Positions 18,785-27,291 are shown, numbered from the stretch's first letter. The stretch is DNA of 64,000 bases from an uncultured Verrucomicrobiae bacterium (GCA_963702845.1 OY969763.1:2336001-2400000); one strand, 5' to 3'. Notes: generated by a model not told the origin, from the sequence alone. Numbers and translations are program-made.

Positions 18785-21697
18785 TCACGGAACGTAAATA
18801 TCGGTTGTACTGGTGTAGGTAGGTGGGGTTGAGGCGGGGGCTACGATGGGGCTCAGGCCTCCGGCTACGAGCACTTCGCCGCTCTGCATGACGGTGGCGG
18901 TGCCGATGGTGTGGGAATTGGGCATGATTCCCCCATTGCTCCACGTAGCCGCAACCGGATCGTAAATTTCGGAGCTGTAGAGGCGACCCAAGCCATCGCC
19001 TCCAGAGGCTAAAATTTTACCATTCGGGAGGAGGGCCGCGGTGTGCAGCCATCGGGCGGTTGATAGAGAGGCTGTTGAGGTCCAATTACCGGTCGATGGG
19101 TTGTAGAGTTCGCAACTGGTCAGGAATGTGCCGTGGGTAGTGGAGTAACCGCCGACTGCTAAAGCTTTGCCATTGGGCAGAACGGTGGTGCTGAAGTAGT
19201 AACGGTCAGTGGACATCGAGCCGGTGACGGTCCATGCGCCGGTGGCTGGATCGAAGATTTCTGCGCTATTCAGAGAGCCGTTGGAGCCGTTGTCGCCGCC
19301 GGTGATGAGGACTTTTCCATTTTGCAACAGGACGGCGGTGTGGACGAAGCGGGCAGTGTGCAGGGAGTTGGTCAGCGTCCATGTGGCGGTGGATGGGTCG
19401 TAGATTTCTACCGTTGCGGTCGCGTGTCCTGAGGCCGGAATGTAGCCGCCGACGGCAAGGGCTTTTCCGTTTTCAAGGAGCGTAAGGGTGTGGAGAGAGC
19501 GATTGACGTTAAGCGAGCCGGTGTTGGTCCAGAGTGCTGTGGCGGGATCGTAAATTTCGCAGCTTGTCAGGATTGTTCCGCCGGAATCGCCGCCCGCGAT
19601 CAAGACAGTTCCGTTGGTGAGGCTGACGGCGGAGCTATAAGCGCGACTAGTGTTTAGCGGAGACGTTTCAGTCCAGTTTCCCGCGCTGGGGTTGAATAGA
19701 TCGCTGTTGTTGAGCGTGCCGTAGCTTGTCACGCCGCCTGCGATTAAAACGTTGCCGTTTGAAAGCAGGGCTGCAGTGTGCCAATCGCGTGAGACGGGCA
19801 TGTTTGCGCCGGGGTGCCAGCCGGTTTTTTGCAAACGGAAGAAGCGCATCGGGTCGGTGAAGTTGTTTGTGTAATGGAGGTTTGCGGACAGTAAATCCAT
19901 CCACGGGCCGGTGATATTCGTGGCCGTTTGCAGGACAAAGTTGGTGTCGGTCCAATTCACGACCATGCTGCTGGCGTTGTGGGTGAACGTGATGGTTGGC
20001 GCGTAGGGAACGACTTCACCCGTATTGAGTATGGCGGCGAAGTAGGTTCCAGCGGGGAATCCGGTGGGATTGAGGAACCGGATTTGGCTTAATTGAGAAC
20101 TGGTTAGGCCGGTGACGGTTGTGCCGAATTTAAGTTGGGTGTTACCACCACCGGAGAGGGAACCGTTCCAGTTCGCGATGGTGAGCGTGGCTGCGCTGCT
20201 CCAATTTTGTGAATGGCTGTCGGCAAAGGTTAGGACCGCGCTGTTGCCGGTGAAGTTGATGGCGGCGTGGTTGAGGAAGGTTTGGGTGAGGTCGCCTTGG
20301 GGCAATTCCCAATTCGTGACGATTTGGCTGGCGAGGATGAAATGGCCGAGGTGTTCGGCGACGATGCCGACGTCGAGAATGCCGGAGAGTTGGAAATAAC
20401 CGGAGTTGGTAATTCGATTGGCTTGGGGCGAATCGCCGATGGTCAATTCGGCGTCGAGTTGAATATTGCTGGCGGTCAGCGTGCCGCCAGAGAAGGTGTA
20501 GACACCCGGAACGGTCGGGCCATACAGCGCGTGTGGCCAGTAGCCGGAAAATACAAAGAGATTCGTGACGATGAAAGTGCCGCCAGTTTGTGAGATGTAG
20601 ACGGTTCCGGCGGTGTTCACAACATTTGCACAGCGGAGTGTGCCGCCGGAAAAACCCATGCTGCCGGGCGCGAACGTTGCGCCACGGATTTCGATGTCGC
20701 CGGCAATTGAAACCAAAGAATTGGCCATATCAAATTCACATGGTCCTCCAGCGCCATCGAGGATGAGATTTTTCGCAATGAGAGTGCTGCCGCTCAAACT
20801 ATAAACCATCCGAGTGCCTTCCCACGGAAAATGAAAGGCAGAGCCAGCAAGGTAAATGGCGTTGGTGACGACGGCCAATGAACCCGACTGGGCGAACAAT
20901 CCCTCGTCGCGATCATTTATTGCCAGACTTATTGAGTCCGCAAAGAGCGCGCCGCTGTTCACATGAAATTCCGAATGGCTGATGATCCCCATCTTCACTG
21001 GGCCAGTCGAGTTTGTGCCGCCTTCCTGGTCGAAATAAGAGCCGCCTTCTTGACCGTTCAGGTCGATATTGCTGGAAATGAGGAGGCCGCCATAGAGAAA
21101 GTACGGTCCATTGTACATTTCGATCGTACCGGTCGTGACTTTGCCGCTGTATTGATAAAACGGACTGTCGATCATTGTGAAGCCGCCGCATTGGAGTTCG
21201 CCGTTGTTCGTCAATGTGTAGGAACCGAATCCAGCGAGTGTGAGCCCGCCTATGCTGGCGAACCCGCCGCTTTGCAAGACCGGACCTCCTGCCAAAGCGC
21301 CATCGACAACTAAACCGGAGTTATAGATCAGAACTGGTCCGTTATCAAAGATGGCGATGTTGCCCAAAACGTGAAAGGGAACGTTGGTGCCGAAATTTGT
21401 CAGGAGCAGAGTGTTGTTGGCGCTCATCTCAACAATTGCAACTTTCATCGAATTGGACGCGACTTGGACAGTGGTTTGATCGACCGTGATGACCTTCGTT
21501 CCGTCGTTGGTGATGTCGATTATTTGTGAGCTGTTTGGAAGGATGTTGAGGGACCATGAGTTTGTATTTTCCCATTTTCCACTGGCCGGGTTGATCCAGG
21601 AATTGGTTTGCGCACGCAGGCCAGGTGTCGGAAGAACAAGCGTTAGGGTGATGAATAGAACAATTGTGAGCCATTGCGGTAACCTGCTTGTCTTCAT
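18785..21697 (-). CDS. Secreted protein: Gly/Thr-rich passenger-like beta region, internal FFRL-type domain, C-terminal Kelch beta-propeller
   Basis: Signal peptide; GGTL/SGGT repeats; six Kelch repeats (HTA.LL.NG.VL..GG...EIYDP....W). Confidence 0.88.
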   Translation of the reverse strand: MKTSRLPQWLTIVLFITLTLVLPTPGLRAQTNSWINPASGKWENTNSWSLNILPNSSQIIDITNDGTKVITVDQTTVQVASNSMKVAIVEMSANNTLLLTNFGTNVPFHVLGNIAIFDNGPVLIYNSGLVVDGALAGGPVLQSGGFASIGGLTLAGFGSYTLTNNGELQCGGFTMIDSPFYQYSGKVTTGTIEMYNGPYFLYGGLLISSNIDLNGQEGGSYFDQEGGTNSTGPVKMGIISHSEFHVNSGALFADSISLAINDRDEGLFAQSGSLAVVTNAIYLAGSAFHFPWEGTRMVYSLSGSTLIAKNLILDGAGGPCEFDMANSLVSIAGDIEIRGATFAPGSMGFSGGTLRCANVVNTAGTVYISQTGGTFIVTNLFVFSGYWPHALYGPTVPGVYTFSGGTLTASNIQLDAELTIGDSPQANRITNSGYFQLSGILDVGIVAEHLGHFILASQIVTNWELPQGDLTQTFLNHAAINFTGNSAVLTFADSHSQNWSSAATLTIANWNGSLSGGGNTQLKFGTTVTGLTSSQLSQIRFLNPTGFPAGTYFAAILNTGEVVPYAPTITFTHNASSMVVNWTDTNFVLQTATNITGPWMDLLSANLHYTNNFTDPMRFFRLQKTGWHPGANMPVSRDWHTAALLSNGNVLIAGGVTSYGTLNNSDLFNPSAGNWTETSPLNTSRAYSSAVSLTNGTVLIAGGDSGGTILTSCEIYDPATALWTNTGSLNVNRSLHTLTLLENGKALAVGGYIPASGHATATVEIYDPSTATWTLTNSLHTARFVHTAVLLQNGKVLITGGDNGSNGSLNSAEIFDPATGAWTVTGSMSTDRYYFSTTVLPNGKALAVGGYSTTHGTFLTSCELYNPSTGNWTSTASLSTARWLHTAALLPNGKILASGGDGLGRLYSSEIYDPVAATWSNGGIMPNSHTIGTATVMQSGEVLVAGGLSPIVAPASTPPTYTSTTDIYVP

Positions 21698-21837
21698 TTT
21701 GCTACTTCCAACACGCTGCTGAGCCTTTCCTCCGAAAGCCGAGTAGTTGACTCAATTAGCGTAAGCAGATGATTGCTGCTGCCTATCGGCAACGGCCTGT
21801 AATTGAGGCCGGAATTCCCCGCAGTGCTTCACAATCC

Positions 21838-21902
21838 GACTACTCCCACTGTCCGCCTCCCGACGCGGCCTATCTTGGATGAAGGGCGACAGTCCGAGAG
21901 CG
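21838..21902 (+). repeat. 65-bp dispersed direct repeat A, copy 1
   Basis: 59/65 identical to 23866-23930 by manual alignment. Confidence 0.9.
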
Positions 21903-21992
21903 AACAGCAGAGCAGTCAAAAAAAGAACATGAAAACAAATAAGCAAAATACAAATAAAGAAACGCCAAGGCTCATGAACTGAATCGCACAAC

Positions 21993-22021
21993 CCACGCCA
22001 TAGATTTGCTACCTCTGGACT
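21993..22021 (+). repeat. Partial (5' half) copy of the attI-like element
   Basis: CCACGCCATAGATTTGCTACCTCTGGACT versus CCACGCCAAAGATTTGCAACCTCTGGACT at 25486. Confidence 0.8.
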
Positions 22022-22065
22022 GCGTGCTATTGACAAAACAACCGCCGCTCGTTTGACTCGCATCG

Positions 22066-22214
22066 GCTGTAGGCGATGCCAAAACTATCACCGTCCGCAC
22101 TGTCATCCCGAAGGGACCGGCTCTGACACCGACGAGCGAACAGGCTCAGTCCCGGGAAATCCAGGTATGACGGCGGAGGGAGCCTCCGCGAACTCCCTGC
22201 GCATCGCCTACAGC
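22066..22214. mobile_element. 149-bp element bounded by perfect 14-bp inverted repeats (MITE/REPIN-like)
   Basis: GCTGTAGGCGATGC (22066-22079) and GCATCGCCTACAGC (22201-22214); no target duplication identified. Confidence 0.5.
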
Positions 22215-22221
22215 TTGCTAA

Positions 22222-22272
22222 CAACCCCCTCAACTTCCCTTGAATAATCACGCGCAGCTCCGTCGCAGCCGT
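22222..22272 (-). pseudogene. 3' fragment of a terminase-large-subunit-like gene, copy 1
   Basis: Translates TAATELRVIIQGKLRGL; shares TGAATAATCACGCGC and flanks with 25393-25476. Confidence 0.5.
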
Positions 22273-22311
22273 CCGCTCTAGGTAATTCCAACGCTGATTA
22301 AATAAGACTCG

Positions 22312-23277
22312 CTATTTATGTTGGCGATACGCGGCTGAAAGCGAATAGACCCTGGCACGTAACGCGGGCAGCGGGTCATCGGACAATTCGATCCCATCCG
22401 TCAAGTGCGTCGGATCGTATACCATTTCTCTTTCGACTCCGGCACTGTCAGCCACAATCGACGTGATGCTAACCGTCCCGACCTCAATTGTCTTGCGGTC
22501 GTCAGGCCACACGAGCGAGGGATCGCTTGTGAGATCGTCAGCGTTTGGGAGTTGCACGACCAAACGGAAGTGGATCGGCCCGGTCGCCAGGCGCGTCTGG
22601 AGGTCTTGAATGAGAAAATCGGCTGTTCTGGTTTTTGCTTCGGCATCACTGAGGTCTTGCCGGCCAGCAACCGGAACAATCTGGTAGCGTCCGGCTTGTT
22701 TCACTCCATTCCTATTTACGAAAACAAATGCGTCATTCGAGAAAAACGCCTCGCTGGCGAAGCTGGCTGGCACCACGCGATTGTCCTGGACGAATTTCAG
22801 CGCGTGAGGATGTGTTCCTAAAAATTCTTCAATGGGCCATGGATGTGGTTTGCGCGGATCGGTAGCGACAACGGCTTTTTGCAGCGCGAGAAACTCTTCA
22901 CCGGTTCCTACGATGAAACCATTGTGCGACATCGCGACGATGTCTGGATTCCCACCATCAGGGAGGTTGAACCTTATTGCCATTCCGCGGGGACCGGCGT
23001 CCGGCGAGTTATCCGGAATGTAAGGATTGGGCGAGCCGTCTGAAAACCGAACTGTGATGGGCACCGAAGCGTTAAAATGAGCGGCTTTGGAGAGAGTCGC
23101 CGCCTTCGCTGAGGGCACAAAAGTTCCCTGGCATACAATGCCTTTCGCGTGGACAGGACGGGAGCCCGACGTGTTTCCGGGCGCTTGAATCATGGTATCG
23201 AAAATTTGCTGGGCAAGGTCCTGCTCCGCCAGAGGTTCAACATCTGCTTTCCGATTTGGGTTTAGTGTTGTTTTCAT
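22312..23277 (-). CDS. Catalase-related peroxidase (SrpA-like small catalase)
   Basis: RPVHAKG, VRFS, RGMAIRF, SDDPLPALRARVY with the proximal Tyr. Confidence 0.9.
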   Translation of the reverse strand: MKTTLNPNRKADVEPLAEQDLAQQIFDTMIQAPGNTSGSRPVHAKGIVCQGTFVPSAKAATLSKAAHFNASVPITVRFSDGSPNPYIPDNSPDAGPRGMAIRFNLPDGGNPDIVAMSHNGFIVGTGEEFLALQKAVVATDPRKPHPWPIEEFLGTHPHALKFVQDNRVVPASFASEAFFSNDAFVFVNRNGVKQAGRYQIVPVAGRQDLSDAEAKTRTADFLIQDLQTRLATGPIHFRLVVQLPNADDLTSDPSLVWPDDRKTIEVGTVSITSIVADSAGVEREMVYDPTHLTDGIELSDDPLPALRARVYSLSAAYRQHK

Positions 23278-23865
23278 GAGATTCATCTTGGCGATGAGGG
23301 CTGTCCCGTGCCACTCGTTCCCATCGCGTTCATGCCGCAAGGTGACAGTGCTGGGCCACTTGGCAATTGCTGAATTTCCCTATTTTGAATTGCTGGAAAA
23401 AAATTCAAAAAATAAAACAGGCGCTGGTCGGGTTCCGTGGTTCGGTGTTGCGGTTTTATCATGATGGTGTTCATAAGCCAGTTCAGTTCTGGGTCGCGTG
23501 CGGTTCCCCGTCGTCGTGCGTGCCGCGTTTGCCATGGTGGCAGCCGTGGGTTTGGATGTTCATCATGGTGATGGGTTGGTCCCGGTCTTTTCCCCGTCCG
23601 CGTTTCCCGCATCGGTATCATTCGCACTGGCGCTAGTCGCCCAACGCTCATGTGACTCCAACGACCCTGTTTGCTGCCGACTCCGCAAGCTCCGCGGCAG
23701 CATACGGAAAGTCAGTTCGCTTTGCTCAATAGTGTCGAACGGGAACGCCGCTCGCCCTCTTTCCCTTCTTGCTACGTCCCTATCTATTTCCCCCTCGTGC
23801 CGCCCGCGCATTGCCCCTCGCTCACCGACACGCTTCAGCAGGGGGACAACGCGGCGCCTTCTGAA

Positions 23866-23930
23866 GACTACTTCCACTGTCCGCCTGCCAACGTGGCCTA
23901 TTTTGGATTAAGGGCGACAGTCCGAGAGCG
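23866..23930 (+). repeat. 65-bp dispersed direct repeat A, copy 2
   Basis: 59/65 identical to 21838-21902. Confidence 0.9.
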
Positions 23931-24197
23931 CGACCACGATTCGCGATAGCGAAAAACTCTTTATGGGCACCTGACTAGTGGCGGGCTTGGGAGGGCAACC
24001 TGAGGAGTTAAAAAAAGAAGATGAAAACAGAAAACACTGTAAACAAAACTGACGCTTCTCCATAGATTTTACAGATTTGCAAGGGAAATGCCTATTGGAG
24101 TCTAAAACTCGAAGTCGCTACTGTTCAGTTAGTTGACTGCTCATCCAGAAAAACCCCGCCCGATTGGCACAAAATGTGGTGAAAACATCGAAACCAT

Positions 24198-24365
24198 ATG
24201 AGACTCGGAAAATTTTCAATCGTCGCAGTCGCGTTACTCGCTATCCTGAGCACTACGTCCTATGCGCCGCCGCCTGCTTCACTGCCTGATGCTAGCAGCA
24301 CCGTGGGATTGTTGGGCTGTGCGTTTGTTGGTTTGGCAGGGTTGCGCTTCTGGTTGAAAAAATAA
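24198..24365 (+). CDS. 55-aa protein: signal peptide plus VPDSG-CTERM/PEP-CTERM-type sorting domain
   Basis: Manual translation MRLGKFSIVAVALLAILSTTSYAPPPASLPDASSTVGLLGCAFVGLAGLRFWLKK; absent from the ORF track. Confidence 0.8.
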   Translation: MRLGKFSIVAVALLAILSTTSYAPPPASLPDASSTVGLLGCAFVGLAGLRFWLKK

Positions 24366-24626
24366 TTAATTTCAAACCGCGGGTGGTCGTCGCACAGACG
24401 ACGAACACGGCCAGCCCGTCAAAACCGTTTATCGCGTGGGTGGCCGTATGCTAACACCTCGCGCGTGTGATGTCTGCCGAGCGAACGCTTGAACTCATCA
24501 ACGAAGCACATCCACCCGTTGAAGTAGAAGCCGCCGCAGCATAGTAGTGGCCGTACGCTAGCACATTGGCTCGCGTCCGCCCAGGGCGCGAGCCATTCCT
24601 TTTGGAGACTCACGTCGTCTCCAAAC

Positions 24627-24708
24627 CTCCACGCCAGAGATTTGCAACCTTTGGACTCCGCTCTCTTTTCCCCCTATAAAACCCTCGTTCGCATATTAAT
24701 TGTTGGGC
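24627..24708 (+). repeat. attI-like element, copy 2 (internally deleted), ending in GTTGGGC
   Basis: CTCCACGCCAGAGATTTGCAACCTTTGGACTCCGCTCTCTTTTCC nearly identical to 25484-25528; ends ATTAATT-GTTGGGC (GTTRRRY). Confidence 0.8.
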
Positions 24709-24717
24709 GAAGCATAC

Positions 24718-25380
24718 ATGCTAGCTCTTGCTAAACATTACTGGAGCCTGATTCGAGGTGCCAAGAACTGGTTTGCCTTTACCACGTGCCTTTTTCTCTG
24801 CGGCTGTCTTGCCGGTGTCGTAATGGGAATCACAAAACCAGGCCTGGCTGAGAGCGTGCTAGACCGATTGCTTGATGGCGACGCGGGTGGCGCGAGTGGA
24901 TTTGAAGATGCCATCCTTATCCTCACGAACAACTTACTGATCACATTTGTGAGTTGGTGTGGAAGTTTAGTCCTGGGTCTGCTTCCCCTCTATAAGATCC
25001 TTTCAAATGGATTCGTACTTGGGGGCATATTTGTTGAGAGCCGTCAGGAAATCCCAGCGTTTCAATTCTTTCTCACGCTCTTTCCACACGGAATCGTCGA
25101 GGTTCCGGCAATATTCCTCTCCAACACCTTTTTCTTAAGGCTTGGTGTGAGATGGGCTTTCCAGAAGAACGGAGCTGATCGGAAGCGAACGTTTGTTATT
25201 GACTTCAAAGACAGCTTTGAAGTAGCTCTCCTGTGCGTCCTTTTGTTCTTCATCGCCGCTATTATCGAATCCTTTGCGACGCCGAAAATAGTAGATGCAT
25301 TCTATCCCAAGCCGAAAGCACAAGGGGTCCAACAATGCGCTCCAGCTCATGGCCGAGGCGCGGGGACGCTCCGGCCATAG
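24718..25380 (+). CDS. Stage II sporulation protein M (SpoIIM/DUF95)-like membrane protein in a cassette-like unit
   Basis: ILTNN, NGFVLG, PHGIVEVPA, AAIIESFATP motifs. Confidence 0.88.
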   Translation: MLALAKHYWSLIRGAKNWFAFTTCLFLCGCLAGVVMGITKPGLAESVLDRLLDGDAGGASGFEDAILILTNNLLITFVSWCGSLVLGLLPLYKILSNGFVLGGIFVESRQEIPAFQFFLTLFPHGIVEVPAIFLSNTFFLRLGVRWAFQKNGADRKRTFVIDFKDSFEVALLCVLLFFIAAIIESFATPKIVDAFYPKPKAQGVQQCAPAHGRGAGTLRP

Positions 25381-25386
25381 CTGAGC
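25327..25386 (+). other. Integron attC-like site lacking the R' box
   Basis: GTCCAAC (RYYYAAC), 5 nt, GCTCCAGCT-C-ATGGCCG...CGGCCAT-AGCTGAGC; pairing leaves two unpaired C; no downstream GTT. Confidence 0.7.
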
Positions 25387-25392
25387 TTTCCA

Positions 25393-25476
25393 TCACAACT
25401 CCCTCATCTTCGCCTGAATAATCACGCGCGGCTTCGTCGCGCCCAGATACCGCAACGCATCCGCCGCATCGTCACC
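25393..25476 (-). pseudogene. 3' fragment of a terminase-large-subunit-like gene, copy 2
   Basis: Translates GDDAADALRYLGATKPRVIIQAKMREL-stop; DDxxDALRY resembles the C-terminal nuclease motif of large terminases. Confidence 0.65.
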
Positions 25477-25483
25477 CCAAAAT

Positions 25484-25596
25484 CTCCACGCCAAAGATTT
25501 GCAACCTCTGGACTCCGCTCTCTTTTCCAGAAGAGCGCCTATAAAACCCCTGTTCGCCATTAAAATTATGCGAACAGTTGTCGCATATTAATTGGT
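25484..25596 (+). repeat. attI-like element, copy 3 (longest; final GTT reads GGT)
   Basis: 5' half matches 24627-24671; 3' half matches 10447-10507 on the minus strand. Confidence 0.8.
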
Positions 25597-25646
25597 CCAG
25601 GCGACTTGCGGTGACGCGAGGCTGCAATGACACTTTATGCGCATTT

Positions 25647-26117
25647 ATGAATCCCGACATCATTCATGCTCTTAAGATCGGCGCTATCGTAGTCGCGGGG
25701 ACGATGACCGGCAGCGAACTTGCCGTGGCGATGTTCTTTCACCCTCGTATCAGCCGCCTTGACGACGCGGTGCATATCCAAGCCGCCCAGACATTGGCGA
25801 AGGTCCTCGGCATGGTGATGTCGTTCTGGTATCCGCTTACATTTCTGCTTTCCCTTGCAGTGACTTTCGTTGCGCACACGACACGAGGCACGCCGTGGTG
25901 GCTGGCACTCGCCTCAACGGCGCTTTTTGCCCTCATAAGTGTTTACTCCCTGCTCTTGCCAGTTCCGATCAACAACCAGGTTGCCCGCTGGCAGCCTGAT
26001 ACGGTGCCAGCAAATTGGCGAGCTTTGCGCCGGCGCTGGGATTTGCTTCATGCTATCCGGGTCGCCTTTTTAGTTATCGCTCTGATTCTTCTCGTTGCAT
26101 CATGTGTTTGTGTATGA
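25647..26117 (+). CDS. DUF1772 (anthrone oxygenase-like) membrane protein
   Basis: VPINNQVARW..P.NW..LRRRWDLLHAIR; four TM segments. Confidence 0.85.
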   Translation: MNPDIIHALKIGAIVVAGTMTGSELAVAMFFHPRISRLDDAVHIQAAQTLAKVLGMVMSFWYPLTFLLSLAVTFVAHTTRGTPWWLALASTALFALISVYSLLLPVPINNQVARWQPDTVPANWRALRRRWDLLHAIRVAFLVIALILLVASCVCV

Positions 26118-26541
26118 ACAGCCCTGGTGCGACGCCGACGTTCGGCTCGCCGAATAAATGCAACACCTCAGCCCACATACACGCCTCCTTATGGGACCAT
26201 AGTCTAGCCGAACCGCTGCCACTGGTCTGAAAGTCACATCAGGGCACGCCTGTATTCGCGATCAGACAATCAACTAAATTATTCGGTGGAGGGAATTAAA
26301 AACCCCCGTCTGTGGTAGTTTTGCGGGTATTTTACGTGCCGAACACCAAGGCGAATCAGCGCGCCAACCTGCAACGGCGGTTTTCAAAAGCCTTGTCAAG
26401 TATTTCACTAGTCCCATAGCTTAAGCGGCGAAAGGCACTCCGCCGTTTGCTTGAAAACAAACTGCCGTTTATATTTGTCTGCGCGGTGACTTTGTCCCCA
26501 AGCGCATCGGTTTGAGGAATGTGGGATTGAGAAAGGTTTGA

Positions 26542-27291
26542 ATGATCGCGAACACAAAGGCGCTAGCCGCCGAAGACACGCTTGCACCGCCGCAACCAAT
26601 CGCGACTACGCGCACAAACGGTTTTAATGTAGTTCCGCTAACGCAAGGGAATATCCGCATTCGCGGCTACGCGCCGGAAGACAGGAAAGAAATTCGCAAC
26701 CTTTGTTGTGAAACAGGATATTTTGGCAACCCCGTCGACGCGCTTTTTCAGGATCGCGAATTATTCGCCGACCTGTTTACGAATGCGTATTTGGACTATC
26801 AACCGGAATGGGGGATGGTGGCGGAAGCCAATGGCAACGTCGTCGGTTATTTACTCGGCTCGATCGCGACGAATTTTGATTTGCTCCAAATGCGCAGCGG
26901 CTTCCACACCACCACGAAAATGCTCCTGCGCCTCGCCACCGGCAAGTATTCATCGCACCCTCGCAGTCGCCAATTCATTCGATGGCTCTTGTTCTCCGGC
27001 TATTGGGAACAGCCGAAACATCCACGGAACGCGGCGCATCTGCACTTCGACCTCGATCAAAAATATCGCGGACGGGGAATCGGACACCGGTTGTGGCACG
27101 AATATGAAAAGCGTTTGAAAGCTGCTGGCGTGAAACACTGTTACGGAGCGTTCTTTTCGCATTCAAAGCGCCGGCCTGAGACGGCCTACGCCCGCTATGG
27201 CTTTGGCGTTTACGACCGCCGCCATACCACAATGTTTCAGCCGGAGGTCATGGATCCGGTGGAAGTAGTTTGTGTTTCCAAACAACTCTGA
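26542..27291 (+). CDS. GNAT-family N-acetyltransferase
   Basis: VVGYLLG, AHLHFDL and the acetyl-CoA motif YRGRGIG. Confidence 0.85.
   Translation: MIANTKALAAEDTLAPPQPIATTRTNGFNVVPLTQGNIRIRGYAPEDRKEIRNLCCETGYFGNPVDALFQDRELFADLFTNAYLDYQPEWGMVAEANGNVVGYLLGSIATNFDLLQMRSGFHTTTKMLLRLATGKYSSHPRSRQFIRWLLFSGYWEQPKHPRNAAHLHFDLDQKYRGRGIGHRLWHEYEKRLKAAGVKHCYGAFFSHSKRRPETAYARYGFGVYDRRHTTMFQPEVMDPVEVVCVSKQL

Noticed and set aside
23283..23949. ORFs between the catalase-like gene and repeat A
   Set aside because: Mutually overlapping with no recognisable domain; possibly decayed mobile DNA, but no product can be supported
26285..26310. Degenerate tRNA/tmRNA 3'-end (att) remnant GGTGGAGGGAATTAAAAACCCCCGTC at the island edge
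   Set aside because: It only loosely resembles a reverse-complemented T-arm, the TTCGA/TTCAA loop is not intact, and no partner copy was found in the window
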